Numbered from the stretch's first letter, positions 8,872-19,070 are shown. The stretch: DNA of 32,000 bases from Chamaesiphon sp. (GCF_041737865.1 NZ_JBGSQZ010000265.1:30870-62869); one strand, 5' to 3'. The notes: generated by a model not told the origin, from the sequence alone. Program-made: numbers and translations.

Positions 8872-10026
8872 ATGAAATTTGTCTGCACTCAGCACGATCT
8901 AAATATCAACTTAGCCCTAGTCAGTCGCGCTGTCTCCACTCGTCCCACCCATCCAGTACTAGCGAATATCAAAATCGAAGCCACCGCAGATCCAGATCGA
9001 ATTCGGCTGACGGGATTCGATCTGAGCTTGGGTATCCAAAGTAGCTTTATCGCTGAGGTAGGCGAGGAAGGTACACTGACACTACCTGCCAAGTTGCTCA
9101 ATGATATCGTCGCCAAATTACCCAGTGGGGAAATTACCCTCGATGATGAAGCTGGCGAAAATCTCGTCACCATCACATCAGCCTCAGGTCGTTATCAGGT
9201 GCGGGGGATGAGTGCTGAAGAATTTCCCGAACTACCTTCGATCGAACAGGGCGAAACCAATCAACTCTCGGCAGCGGCATTTATCGATGGCTTAAAGGGG
9301 TCTCTGATCGCCTGTAGCCAGGACGAAAGCAAACAAGTGTTAACTGGAGTGTATCTCAAAGTCGAGCCGGAGAGACTCGAATTTGCCGCCACAGACGGGC
9401 ATCGCTTGGGGATTGTCGAAGTCTACCCAACCGAGTCCGAAACAACTCAGATCGCCGCAGAGCCTGCTCAAAAGGGATCTTTTGAAGTTACTGTACCTGC
9501 CAAGGCTTTGAGAGAGCTGGAAAAAATGCTCGGTTCGATGCCAGAAGGCGACAGGTTAGGACTGCAATTAGAGCAGGGACAAGTAGTATTTGGTTGGGGC
9601 GATCGCAAATTGACGACTCGGACATTAGAAGGAAAATATCCCGACTATCGGTTACTAATTCCCAGACAGTTTCAACGACAGATTACGGTCGATCGCAAGC
9701 AACTACTTACAGCTTTAGAACGAATTGCTGTCCTATCAGACCAAAGTAATCTAGTTAAATTTAGCATCGATAGTACCCAGCAGTCGCTCGATCTCTCCGT
9801 CGAAAGCCAAGATCGTGGCAGCGGTAGAGAGTCTCTGACAGCACAGATTTCTGGCACAGACTTAGATATTGCTTTTAATATCAAATACCTGATGGATGGC
9901 TTAAAAACTCTGCCCACCCAAGAAATCACCATTAGTCTAAATGGCCCCCTCGAACCCGTCATCCTTACCCCTCTGGGTGGTGTGAAGATGACCTACCTCG
10001 TCATGCCCGTTCAACTCCGCAACTAA
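8872..10026 (+). CDS. dnaN: DNA polymerase III beta sliding clamp
   Basis: 384-aa ORF. The N-terminus reads MKFVCTQHDLNINLALVSRAVSTRPTHPVLANIKIEA. Internal ATDGHRLG motif and C-terminal YLVMPVQLRN. Confidence 0.95.
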   Translation: MKFVCTQHDLNINLALVSRAVSTRPTHPVLANIKIEATADPDRIRLTGFDLSLGIQSSFIAEVGEEGTLTLPAKLLNDIVAKLPSGEITLDDEAGENLVTITSASGRYQVRGMSAEEFPELPSIEQGETNQLSAAAFIDGLKGSLIACSQDESKQVLTGVYLKVEPERLEFAATDGHRLGIVEVYPTESETTQIAAEPAQKGSFEVTVPAKALRELEKMLGSMPEGDRLGLQLEQGQVVFGWGDRKLTTRTLEGKYPDYRLLIPRQFQRQITVDRKQLLTALERIAVLSDQSNLVKFSIDSTQQSLDLSVESQDRGSGRESLTAQISGTDLDIAFNIKYLMDGLKTLPTQEITISLNGPLEPVILTPLGGVKMTYLVMPVQLRN

Positions 10027-10040
10027 CTTACCACCATCGA

Positions 10041-10466
10041 CTATCCGCCTTGCAGCTTGATTTGAATTTTTGGCCCTGATGTCGCCAGCCGGATCGTCAT
10101 GCCATCGATTACCTTGAGGATAGTTATCGCTTCACCATCTAGATAAGTTCCATTTGCACTAATATTAGAGATCTGCCAACCACTAGCTTCATCCCACTTT
10201 AATTCAGCATGATGTCGAGAGACAACTGCACTGAATAAAATCACCTGGTTATCTGTCGCTCGTCCAATCCGAATGACATCTCCAGTAGTAAATGTCCAAC
10301 TTTGAACGGGAATGGAATTAAGCAGACTTAGGACGATCGTAGATAACATTTGGTAGTAGCTGGTGAAAATTGAACCAATGAACTCGATCGAACCCCTTAC
10401 CGGAATCAAATTGAGCAGACATGAGTTGACGTGACTAGTAAGGATCGAGTTGTTCGACTCGTTCAT
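10041..10466 (-). CDS. Small FHA-domain protein
   Basis: FHA core: IRIGRATDNQVILFSAVVSRHHAELKWDEASGWQISNISANGTYLDGE. The start is uncertain; internal Met40 (MLSTIVLS) would give a protein of about 102 aa. Confidence 0.7.
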   Translation of the reverse strand: MNESNNSILTSHVNSCLLNLIPVRGSIEFIGSIFTSYYQMLSTIVLSLLNSIPVQSWTFTTGDVIRIGRATDNQVILFSAVVSRHHAELKWDEASGWQISNISANGTYLDGEAITILKVIDGMTIRLATSGPKIQIKLQGG

Positions 10467-10584
10467 GCTGTTGTACTAGCAAGAAACGCCTGTTTGAGTG
10501 ACTATCCCTTTGCTATCGCTGCGGTGATTAAGTTAAGTCTACTTAATTCGATCGCGATCGTACAGTTACCATTTTGTAATATAT

Positions 10585-10672
10585 TCCCTTCCCACCCAAG
10601 AAATAGACAGTCGAGATCCACTATTCACTATCCACCCCGACCCTAGATGTTTAATTCTATGCTGGGAAGGGA
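10585..10672. repeat. 10-bp perfect inverted repeat (TCCCTTCCCA / TGGGAAGGGA) with a 68-nt spacer between the two FHA genes
   Basis: Read directly at 10585-10594 and 10663-10672. Confidence 0.8.
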
Positions 10673-10747
10673 GTAACTATTGCCAACAGCAATATAGAAA
10701 AGAAATATCGAGATTAATTATCTTGACACGATGAATCAAATCGATTG

Positions 10748-11497
10748 CTACACAGAAGACTGAAACAGAAAAGTTACTAGATCTCCTTTGCCTAAACCGA
10801 TCCGATCGCCAACACACAATAAATGATGATTGCCTTTTGCTAAGATATTGTGATTTATATAAGTACCATTAGCACTGCCGACATCTTCAATGTAATAGTT
10901 CTCTCCTTCTACGCGAATATTAGCATGAACTCGCGACACAACCTCCGCACAGGGAAAACTCGACACATCGATATCGGGTGCTACTAAATCATTAGGTTTA
11001 CCCAAGTGAACTACTTCTAACTGCGGCGGAATATTTAGGATTGTATTCGTTTGCAGATGTAGTAATTGACGAGTCGATCGTGGTATTTGTGGTGTGGGTG
11101 CTGCGGCAGTTTCTACTGCTGGTACCTGCGGCTGGCTCATGCCCTGGGTTGGTTCTGGCGCGGTGGTTGTGGGCGATATTTCGGTGGCTACTGCCTCAAC
11201 CCGCTCGATCGGAATTGCAAAAATATCGGCTTCTGGACTGGTTAATATCGTTGGGGGTAAGCCAACACTCGAAATTTCAGGGATTGTAGCTGGAGTAGCA
11301 GGTGGGGGTAATGAAATGGGGGCTTTAGACTCCGCAGACTTTAGGCTATGACCGCACTGTCCACAAAAGGTCGCGTCGAGTTGAATCGAGGCTCCACAAT
11401 TCGGGCAAGCTTTAGTTGCTGGCAGTGCTGTATAACAAGCTTCGCAATTAGTCGCGCCTTCAGGATTGTCGTGCTTACAGTTCGGACAGACGATCAT
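10748..11497 (-). CDS. Double zinc-ribbon / Pro-rich linker / C-terminal FHA protein (FraH-like architecture)
   Basis: Two zinc ribbons at the N-terminus, CPNCKHDNPEGATNCEAC and CPNCGASIQLDATFCGQCG. A Pro/Thr/Ala-rich linker follows. FHA core: HLGKPND...VSRVHANIRVEGENYYIEDVGSANGTYINH. Anabaena FraH has the same domain order. Confidence 0.75.
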   Translation of the reverse strand: MIVCPNCKHDNPEGATNCEACYTALPATKACPNCGASIQLDATFCGQCGHSLKSAESKAPISLPPPATPATIPEISSVGLPPTILTSPEADIFAIPIERVEAVATEISPTTTAPEPTQGMSQPQVPAVETAAAPTPQIPRSTRQLLHLQTNTILNIPPQLEVVHLGKPNDLVAPDIDVSSFPCAEVVSRVHANIRVEGENYYIEDVGSANGTYINHNILAKGNHHLLCVGDRIGLGKGDLVTFLFQSSV

Positions 11498-11601
11498 AAA
11501 AAATTAAATTTTAAGTTAGAAAGACTTAACAGATTTCAATTCTACCAGAATTAGGTGTAGGGCTAGGAATTTTGTGTTATGGACTAGCTTCCCACCGGAT
11601 C

Positions 11602-11636
11602 GATCCACCATTCACCATCCACCATCCAACATTCAC
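11602..11636. repeat. Heptamer array, family E (CCATCCA/CCATTCA variants)
   Basis: gatccaccattcaccatccaccatccaacattcac, lying 24 nt downstream (gene sense) of the pgl stop. Confidence 0.85.
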
Positions 11637-11659
11637 TCGAAGGAACTAGCCCCAACCGA

Positions 11660-12391
11660 CTAATCGCCCTCTGATTTTAACTTTTCTCCAGCAGCAGCAT
11701 CTAGCAGCCAAAGTAACTCGCCCTGCGGTGCTACAGATCGGGATGGATAAGCGGTGGAATCGCCTGTGGGTGAGAAAATTTCGGCTAGAGCAGTTTGTTT
11801 GCTAGCACCTGAGATCAGGAAGATGACACTACGTGCCTGATTGATGATGGGAAAGGTCAAAGTCAACCTTGGCTGCCCATCTTTGTCACCTAAAGTTACC
11901 AATCGATCGCGTACCGACAAAGCCGCTGTGTGCGGGAATAATGAGGCTGTATGCCCATCATCACCCATCCCCAGAAGTATAATATCGAAAACGGGAATTG
12001 ACCCAGCTTCTGACCCAAAATGAGCGACGATCTGACGATCGTAATCCTCAGCCGCCAGTTGTGGTTGAGCCAAACCTGTTGGCATCGGATGGATATTCGC
12101 CGCCGGAATCGGCACTAAATCGAGCCAGACGCGTTTGGTCATGCCATAGTTACTATCGGGATCTGTCGCTGGGACGTAGCGTTCGTCACCCCAGAAGATC
12201 TGGATTTGTTGCCAGGGTAGATCGGCACCAGCCAGAGCCGCGTACAATGGTTGCGGGGTAGAACCTCCAGATAGGGCGATCGTACAAGACTGACGCTCGT
12301 TGATTGCAGTCAGAATCCGTTCGACGATTAGAGCTAACGCAGCTTCGATCAATGCCGATCGATCGGGGTAGACGAGAACTTCTGGTGTCAT
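11660..12391 (-). CDS. pgl: 6-phosphogluconolactonase
   Basis: 243-aa ORF with ALSGGSTPQPLY, FWGDERYVP..DPDSNY and ILLGMGDDGHTASLFP motifs. Confidence 0.9.
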   Translation of the reverse strand: MTPEVLVYPDRSALIEAALALIVERILTAINERQSCTIALSGGSTPQPLYAALAGADLPWQQIQIFWGDERYVPATDPDSNYGMTKRVWLDLVPIPAANIHPMPTGLAQPQLAAEDYDRQIVAHFGSEAGSIPVFDIILLGMGDDGHTASLFPHTAALSVRDRLVTLGDKDGQPRLTLTFPIINQARSVIFLISGASKQTALAEIFSPTGDSTAYPSRSVAPQGELLWLLDAAAGEKLKSEGD

Positions 12392-12724
12392 AAAAGTTAA
12401 AATCGCAGCTCGGATGAATAATTAGATTTTAGGCGACACTTGGGATCGATCGATGGGAACTTCCCCAAAACAAGATAATCTAGATTTGTTAGATCCTCCA
12501 CAACTAATTTTATTCACATCTTGTCCTCAGTACTCAGTTCATGGTGATATTGACAAAAAGATGGGCGGTTGAGGGGTAATGGAACGAATTTTTGTAAATT
12601 TATCCCTGTTAGCCTCTTTTCCCTACTCCCAATTCACCAGCGATTTTAGATCTGATGCCGGATGTGAGCTTGCCCATCACTCACTGGTCGGGGTAAATTT
12701 CTTAACATCTCAATAATTTAGACT

Positions 12725-13480
12725 ATGCAACCTACTGTTAGTAGTTTTCTCACCCCCCTCGCGCTCAAAACCGCAGGTGCAGTACTGATTCTATCCTCGC
12801 TAATCGATCTAGTTTTCATGCTCTGTTTCCCGCCTGAAAATTTGGTATTAGAAGGTAGTCGCTGGTGGCTGTATGCTACCAGTCAGCTAGTCGATCGCGG
12901 GCTGCTACCATTGGTGGGGATTGCTTTTGTGGTCACTGGCGATTGGATCAAAATTGTTTCGACCGAAGATGGGGGAGATCGGGGGAATACATGGAGGATT
13001 GGGACTTTTACCCTAGCTAGCCTCTTGGGATTGATCTTTATCTTGATTATTCCATTTCAAATCATGACAACCAATGATTTCAAATCTCAAGATCTCAAAA
13101 AGATCGGTGATGAAGTAACCCAACTCGAACAAGGTATCAAAAGCAATCTTCAGCAAATTAACGCTCAAAGTAAGGACAAAATCAGGGCACAAATCACTAC
13201 CATTGACAACGAGCTTAAAAGTGGACAAGCTCAAGGAGAACGTCTGGCTGGTCTTCAGCTTGCCAAGTCTAAACTAGAGTTGTTACTCGCCGATCCCAAA
13301 AAATTTGCTCAGGAGTCGGAGCAAAATCTGCAACAGTTGCAAAAACAAAAACAGAAAGCTGAAACTCAAGCTAGTGAAAGGATGTTAAAAACTGGTTTCC
13401 GCACCAGTATGGCAAGTCTACTCTTAGCAATTGCTTATATCACGATCGGCTGGACGGGTTTGAGACGGGTCCTCAAGTAG
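12725..13480 (+). CDS. Membrane protein with a central coiled-coil segment; function unknown
   Basis: 251-aa ORF. Hydrophobic segments are at the N-terminal half and the extreme C-terminus. A Q/K/E-rich heptad-like stretch (EVTQLEQGIKSNLQQINAQSKDK...LQQLQKQKQKAETQ) lies between them. Confidence 0.5.
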   Translation: MQPTVSSFLTPLALKTAGAVLILSSLIDLVFMLCFPPENLVLEGSRWWLYATSQLVDRGLLPLVGIAFVVTGDWIKIVSTEDGGDRGNTWRIGTFTLASLLGLIFILIIPFQIMTTNDFKSQDLKKIGDEVTQLEQGIKSNLQQINAQSKDKIRAQITTIDNELKSGQAQGERLAGLQLAKSKLELLLADPKKFAQESEQNLQQLQKQKQKAETQASERMLKTGFRTSMASLLLAIAYITIGWTGLRRVLK

Positions 13481-13637
13481 TTAAAATTTGTGGAGGGGAG
13501 CGGTCATACCGATCGCCCTTTATCGACTGGTGCAAGGAGTAAGATACTTTAGTTACCCCTCCCCAGATCGGGCAAAGCTTTGTATAGTATGAGTAGGTAA
13601 GTCTAACGTTGCCAATCGTCCTAAAAGTCGGAGATTT

Positions 13638-14360
13638 GTGTTCCAACATTTCAAGCAGGACTTAAAAAATGATCTAATCGCTGGGTTGTTGGTAGTGATT
13701 CCACTTGCCACCACGATCTGGTTATCGATCAATGTCGCGACATGGGTAGTCAACTTTCTCACAAGTATTCCCAAGCAGATCAATCCCTTTGATGGGTTGC
13801 ATCCGGCTCTAGTATCTGTATTGAACTTATTGGTGGGATTGACTGCACCCTTGCTGACAATTCTGCTGATTGGCTTGATGGCGCGGAATATTGCTGGTAA
13901 GTGGCTACTAGATTTTGGGGAAAGATTCCTCCAAGCAATTCCGCTCGCAGGTGCAGTTTACAAAACGCTCAAACAATTATTAGAAACCCTCCTCAAGGAT
14001 TCGGGCAACAAATTCCGCCGAGTAGTATTGGTAGAATATCCTCGGCGGGGGATCTGGGCACTGGCATTTGTGACTGGGACAATAGACGGTGAGATTCAGT
14101 CCCAAATGCCACAGGGGATGTTAAACCTATTTATTCCGACTACGCCTAATCCCACTACTGGTTGGTATGCAGTAGTCGCCGAAAAGGATGTACTGGATTT
14201 GAAAATGTCGATCGAGGATGCTTTTAAGGTAGTTATTTCTGGCGGGATCGTCAATCCTGGTAATGTAGCGGTAGCAGCTTTGAGTTCCAACCAAAGACCT
14301 GCGGTCGATCCTCCACTGACTAGTCTAGCCCCCATTGTCGCTGAGGAGGAAAATTCATAA
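13638..14360 (+). CDS. DUF502-family membrane protein
   Basis: 240-aa ORF with a GTG start. LKNDLIAGLLVVIPLATTIWL, IPLAGAVYKTLKQL and VVLVEYPRRGIWALAFVTG match my recollection of the DUF502 pattern. Confidence 0.75.
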   Translation: MFQHFKQDLKNDLIAGLLVVIPLATTIWLSINVATWVVNFLTSIPKQINPFDGLHPALVSVLNLLVGLTAPLLTILLIGLMARNIAGKWLLDFGERFLQAIPLAGAVYKTLKQLLETLLKDSGNKFRRVVLVEYPRRGIWALAFVTGTIDGEIQSQMPQGMLNLFIPTTPNPTTGWYAVVAEKDVLDLKMSIEDAFKVVISGGIVNPGNVAVAALSSNQRPAVDPPLTSLAPIVAEEENS

Positions 14361-14373
14361 TTCATCGTCGCTC

Positions 14374-15825
14374 ATGGATCTCTCTCTGAAGATAGCCGCT
14401 CAGATTCACAACTTTTTTCAGCATCAGCTAAATTGTATCCCTCCAGAAATGGAGGGTAAAATTTTGCGGGTAGATGTGCAAATTCCCACCTTGGAGCCAC
14501 TGAGCTGGTTAGCACAACAACAGTCAGATGTCAAGACCTATTGGGCCGATCGCCAGGGTCAGTTTACAATGGCTGGAGTGGGAACTTTAAACACGATCGC
14601 TGGCGATGTCCCGATCGATTATCCCACTATTTTTGGACAATTGAGACAAGATTTATCACCCTTATTTCCTCGGGTGCGATACTATGGTGGCATCGGCTTT
14701 AGTCAAAATCACTCGATCGATCCAAGTTGGAAATTATTTGGTAACTATCGATTTATAGTGCCGAGATTTGAAATTTGGACAGACGGAATCGATACTTTTT
14801 TTGCCTGTAATTTCAGATGTAGTCGGCTCGATCTTAGTGCCCAAAACTTGGATTCGCAGCAGGAAAAGAGCTACCATCCTGAATTAGCGACGATCTTAGC
14901 CCAATTAGAGCGACTCGACTTTACTCAATTAGAAATTAGCTCAATCCCAGCACCCGTAGTGCCAATGCTCCGCGAACGAGTAGATATACCAAATCGCCGC
15001 GATTGGCACCAAAATATTGAATTGGCACTGGCTAAATTTAGCGATTTACAGCTTGATAAAATTGTTTTAGCCAGACAGTCAACCTTGACATTTACAACTT
15101 ATATCCAGCCCCAATCCCTATTACGGTTTCTCAAACCTAATAATCCTCATAGCTATCATTTTTGCTTCCAAATCGATCCCACTACCGCATTTATTGGCAC
15201 CTCTCCAGAACGACTATATTACCGTCGAGATCGATTACTAAAAACTGAAGCCATCGCTGGAACTCGTCAGCGCGGTGAATCTGCCGAAATCGATCTCCAA
15301 TTGAGCCATAATTTGCTCAATTCAGCTAAAGATCTCCACGAGCATCAATTAGTTGTCAATAACTTACACACGATTTTAAAAGAACTCTGTCATTCTGTCA
15401 CAATCGATCGAGAATTGACAATTCTCAAGCTCAATAAAGTTCAACATTTGTACACTCAGTGTAATGGTGTATTAAATTCCGATCTAACTGATGCGGAGAT
15501 CTTGCCCAAGTTACATCCTACACCTGCCGTAGGTGGCTTTCCGAGAACTCAAGCCCTCAAGTTAATTGCCGAACTAGAACCATTTGCACGCGGCTGGTAT
15601 GCAGCTCCTGTCGGATGGGTGGGTTGTGATGAGACTGAGTTTGCAGTTGCCATTCGTTCGGGTTTAATCGATCGCGATCGATTATTATTATTTGCAGGTG
15701 CGGGAATAGTCACAGGCTCTCAATCGGCAGAAGAATTGGCAGAAATTGAAAATAAAATTCGCCATTTTACTGACTTATTTACCGAACTATCTTCGCAACA
15801 GATTTCTGATTTGTCATTGGCGTAG
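14374..15825 (+). CDS. menF: Isochorismate synthase (phylloquinone pathway)
   Basis: Chorismate-binding C-terminal motifs: AGTRQRG, LHPTPAVGGFP, ARGWYAAPVGW, EFAVAIRS, AGAGIV.GS. I chose ATG 14374 (MDLSLK) over the track's TTG 14335, which overlaps the previous gene. Confidence 0.9.
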   Translation: MDLSLKIAAQIHNFFQHQLNCIPPEMEGKILRVDVQIPTLEPLSWLAQQQSDVKTYWADRQGQFTMAGVGTLNTIAGDVPIDYPTIFGQLRQDLSPLFPRVRYYGGIGFSQNHSIDPSWKLFGNYRFIVPRFEIWTDGIDTFFACNFRCSRLDLSAQNLDSQQEKSYHPELATILAQLERLDFTQLEISSIPAPVVPMLRERVDIPNRRDWHQNIELALAKFSDLQLDKIVLARQSTLTFTTYIQPQSLLRFLKPNNPHSYHFCFQIDPTTAFIGTSPERLYYRRDRLLKTEAIAGTRQRGESAEIDLQLSHNLLNSAKDLHEHQLVVNNLHTILKELCHSVTIDRELTILKLNKVQHLYTQCNGVLNSDLTDAEILPKLHPTPAVGGFPRTQALKLIAELEPFARGWYAAPVGWVGCDETEFAVAIRSGLIDRDRLLLFAGAGIVTGSQSAEELAEIENKIRHFTDLFTELSSQQISDLSLA

Positions 15826-15830
15826 CCTCG

Positions 15831-16418
15831 TTAGAGAGAATCGATCGCATATTGAGCGATGAGAATTGTTAATTTTGCACGTTCCATCTCCGATAACTCT
15901 GTCCATTCTAGCGGTCTGACGATATTATCGGGATTGTCTACGCCAGGATTGCAACGCATGGCATAAGCATAAGGACGAGCCATCACCAACAGATCGTCAG
16001 TTGCCCAGTTTGATAATAAATCTTGCACCGATCTGACTAATCGATCTACAGGTTCGAGCTTGCTGTTTGCCAAATTGCTAACGTTGGTAGCAATTTGAGC
16101 TAGCCACTGCTGCGGGACTCTCGCCCCAAACTTGGTGGTAAGTGCTGCAAGTGGACTTAGCTCTGATTCAGGAATAAGTTTATCCCAACAAGACTGGATG
16201 CTAGCAAAAAAAGATTGCGACTGGTGAGTAATTTCTTCATCCGACCAATCATCGAAAGTAAAATGACGATCTGATTCGGTAAAGTATTCGGCTGCTGCTG
16301 GTTCGGCTGGATTCCAAGGATAGTTAGTGGTAGAAGATGCGAGGAGGCAATCCATTAATTCAGCTTCAGCTTCAGCTTCAGCTATCTCGTGGCGTTCGGG
16401 TTGAGAGTGGAATGACAT
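15831..16418 (-). CDS. Conserved hypothetical protein (acidic N-terminus, YPWNP motif)
   Basis: 195-aa ORF, convergent with menF across a 5-nt gap. I recognised no domain. The codon usage looks native. Confidence 0.5.
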   Translation of the reverse strand: MSFHSQPERHEIAEAEAEAELMDCLLASSTTNYPWNPAEPAAAEYFTESDRHFTFDDWSDEEITHQSQSFFASIQSCWDKLIPESELSPLAALTTKFGARVPQQWLAQIATNVSNLANSKLEPVDRLVRSVQDLLSNWATDDLLVMARPYAYAMRCNPGVDNPDNIVRPLEWTELSEMERAKLTILIAQYAIDSL

Positions 16419-16857
16419 GGGTGCGCTCCTTGCATGTACGACGGGGATTAGTAGTTAATATTTTAATTAGATCGACTTGACAATTTCTAGAAACTTTTTA
16501 GTTGTGAAGTCGAGCCAGAGATGATTAAGCTCTGTTTTTAACTACAGATTACCCATCACTAATTCCGTAAACATCAAAAAAGTGAATAGTGATGGCGATC
16601 GATATCCATCTTAGCCATTTGGGAGCCGCCGTGAATCCATCGATCGAGCGATATGTCCTCACATCCAAAAAATCGCTGAGATACTGAGATCGAGTCGCTC
16701 GATCGGTCATTTAGCTGATTTATTACCAGATCGAGCGGTAATCGCCGCAATTAGACCTAAGTATTAGTTTGCAATAATACATTGGTCGTACTTAGATAAA
16801 ATTAGATTGGTTAGACTAAGTACTTAATAGCTACTTACACTACCTGATTTCTATCCC

Positions 16858-17040
16858 ATGATTTCTAACTCCTCAAAAGATCGAGTCGAACGCAAGTGTC
16901 CCAAGTGTGGATGTTCCGAAATTGCTCGTTCGCAACGGGTCGATCTCGAAGATCGGCTGTGTTCGCTGGTAAATCTCTATCCCTATCGCTGTCAGCATCA
17001 GACCTGTAAACACCGCTTTCAAGCTTTCGGTCGGAATTAA
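16858..17040 (+). CDS. Small putative zinc-ribbon protein
   Basis: 60-aa ORF with CPKCGC...(34 aa)...CQHQTC spacing typical of a Cys4 ribbon. It is followed by the largest family-A array. Confidence 0.45.
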   Translation: MISNSSKDRVERKCPKCGCSEIARSQRVDLEDRLCSLVNLYPYRCQHQTCKHRFQAFGRN

Positions 17041-17057
17041 TCGGTCAACACTGGCAT

Positions 17058-17135
17058 AGGCTTTAGGTAGGCTTTAGGTAGGCTTTGGGTAGGCTTTAGG
17101 ATTTAGAATTTAGGATTTAGGATTTAGGCTTTAGG
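17058..17135. repeat. Composite tandem array, family A (11-mer TAGGCTTTAGG x4, then ATTTAGG x4)
   Basis: aggctttaggtaggctttaggtaggctttgggtaggctttaggatttagaatttaggatttaggatttaggctttagggg, read directly. Confidence 0.9.
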
Positions 17136-17364
17136 GGAAGTTTTGGACGAAAACAGTACGATCGAAGATTTTGCTTTCACTTTCGCAGGAGATCTAGCGT
17201 AGATTTCGATCGATCCGAGCCTCATCGACTCAAATAACATATAAATATCGCAAATATCTATTTATTTAATATTTGTTTAATATTTTACGGCTAGGAATTA
17301 AATCCAGAGTTATGCTAGAAGAGTTAGCCGATTGAGATCGGGGTAGTGACACCTCGAATAAGGC

Positions 17365-18933
17365 ATGGAAATAAGTCTATCCGTAGTCAAAGAGGTATCG
17401 GTAGTGCCTCACCAGATAGAGGAACTGCACACTCTTTGCTGCGAACAGTCAATTCTACTGGATTTAGTTACAGATGCGATTTTGCTATGGTCGGTTGAGG
17501 GCGAGATAAAATATTGGAATCGAAGTGCCCACAGGATGTATGGGTGGCAATCTGAGGTGGCGATCGGCAAAAAAGTCACAGATTTGCTTTATCATCTAGA
17601 AGATCCCCATTATCAAGCAGCGATCGCCCAGACACTCGATCGAGGAGAATGGAGTGGAGAGCTTGGGCTACTAACTAGGGAAGGAAAAAGTATTACTGTT
17701 ACCAGTCATTGGTACCTAGTCGCTGCAACTACGGGTACGCGATCGATTCTGACCATCGATGCGGATATTACCCCATATAAACTACTAGAACGGCAATTTC
17801 TGCACGCCCAACGCCTGGAAAATCTGGGCACACTTGCCAGTGGGATCGCCCACGATCTCAATAATATTCTCACACCGATCGTCGCTATCACCGAACTGCT
17901 ACCACTGAGACTAAAAAACTTAGACGAGCGCACCGAGCGGTTACTGGCTACCCTAGCCGAAAATTCTCAACGCGGGCGGGAATTAGTCGCTCAAATTCTC
18001 ACTTTTGCTAGAGGCGGAGCTGGCGAACATACAATCCTGCAACCTCGACATTTATTAGCAGAAGTATTGCAAATCGCCAGACAAACTTTTCCTAGATCGA
18101 TCGAAGTTAGCCTCCAAATTGAGAGTAGCGATCTGTGGACATTATCCGCCGATGCTACCCAACTCCATCAAGTACTGATCAATTTGTGCGTCAATGCCCG
18201 CGATGCGATGCCAGAGGGGGGTGAATTGACCATCATGGCAGAAAATATCATTTTGAGTGACACGTATCCGAAACTGCCTCCCAACGCTCGTGGTGGGGCT
18301 TATGTTGCGATTACTGTAGCTGATACCGGAGTCGGAATCCAGCCGGAATTATTGGAGCGAATTTTTGAACCATTTTTCACCACCAAGGCGATTGGGAAAG
18401 GAACTGGATTGGGACTTTCGACAGTACGCACGATCGTCAATAATCACCACGGATTTGTGGATGTTTTTAGTCAAGTCGATAAAGGGACACAATTTCGATT
18501 TTATCTACCAGCAACCACACAAATGGAACCTGAGTCCGTTCACTCGATCTTACCGACACTTACAGGCAAAGGTGAATTGATTTTGATCGTGGATGACGAA
18601 CCATCAATTCGCGAAATTCTTGGTACCACGCTCGAATCCTATCACTATCGGAGTATCACCGCTAGCAACAGTCAACAAGCGATCGAATTGTATGCCCAAC
18701 ACCATCATGAAATCCACACGATTTTGTTAGATTATATGATGCCTGGTGGCGATCCGATCGACACGATCTCTCAATTTCACTCGATCGATCCCCATGTACG
18801 GGCAATCCTCATGAGTGGACTATCCGCCCACGAAATCGCCGCCCAAAATCATGGCAAGACAATCAAAGCCTTCCTTCCCAAACCCTTCAGTACTCAAGAT
18901 TTACTTCATACTCTTAAAACTGTTTTGACGTAG
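17365..18933 (+). CDS. Hybrid sensor histidine kinase / response regulator (PAS-HisKA-HATPase-REC)
   Basis: PAS-like N-terminal region. H box IAHDLNNILTPI, N box LINLCVNARDAM, G boxes DTGVGI and GTGLGLS. The C-terminal receiver reads LILIVDDEPSIREIL...LLDYMMPGGD...KPF. Confidence 0.9.
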   Translation: MEISLSVVKEVSVVPHQIEELHTLCCEQSILLDLVTDAILLWSVEGEIKYWNRSAHRMYGWQSEVAIGKKVTDLLYHLEDPHYQAAIAQTLDRGEWSGELGLLTREGKSITVTSHWYLVAATTGTRSILTIDADITPYKLLERQFLHAQRLENLGTLASGIAHDLNNILTPIVAITELLPLRLKNLDERTERLLATLAENSQRGRELVAQILTFARGGAGEHTILQPRHLLAEVLQIARQTFPRSIEVSLQIESSDLWTLSADATQLHQVLINLCVNARDAMPEGGELTIMAENIILSDTYPKLPPNARGGAYVAITVADTGVGIQPELLERIFEPFFTTKAIGKGTGLGLSTVRTIVNNHHGFVDVFSQVDKGTQFRFYLPATTQMEPESVHSILPTLTGKGELILIVDDEPSIREILGTTLESYHYRSITASNSQQAIELYAQHHHEIHTILLDYMMPGGDPIDTISQFHSIDPHVRAILMSGLSAHEIAAQNHGKTIKAFLPKPFSTQDLLHTLKTVLT

Positions 18934-19032
18934 AAACTGGGTAGGCAATGCCCACAATCTAGGTTTCAGCTAGTGCAAAAAAATCAGGGGTCTTTAGCCC
19001 CCTCCTAAAACTTCACTGTCTATCTCACCTTC

Positions 19033-19063
19033 GCTCAACCTGAAGGGATCCCCCAGGTTGAGC
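19033..19063. terminator. 10-bp perfect stem-loop between the convergent kinase and ylxR genes
   Basis: GCTCAACCTG (19033-19042) pairs with CAGGTTGAGC (19054-19063) around an 11-nt loop. Neither side has a clear U tract, so a terminator role is tentative. Confidence 0.35.
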
Positions 19064-19070
19064 TAAAGCG

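Noticed and set aside
14335-14373. TTG start for menF that overlaps the DUF502 gene
   Set aside because: The ATG at 14374 removes the overlap, and the extra 13 residues (MSLRRKIHNSSSL) add nothing recognisable. This is not certain.
17058-17135. Whether the tandem arrays could be CRISPR arrays
   Set aside because: The units are 7-11 nt with no unique spacers, and no cas genes are present. They are microsatellite-like STRR-type arrays.
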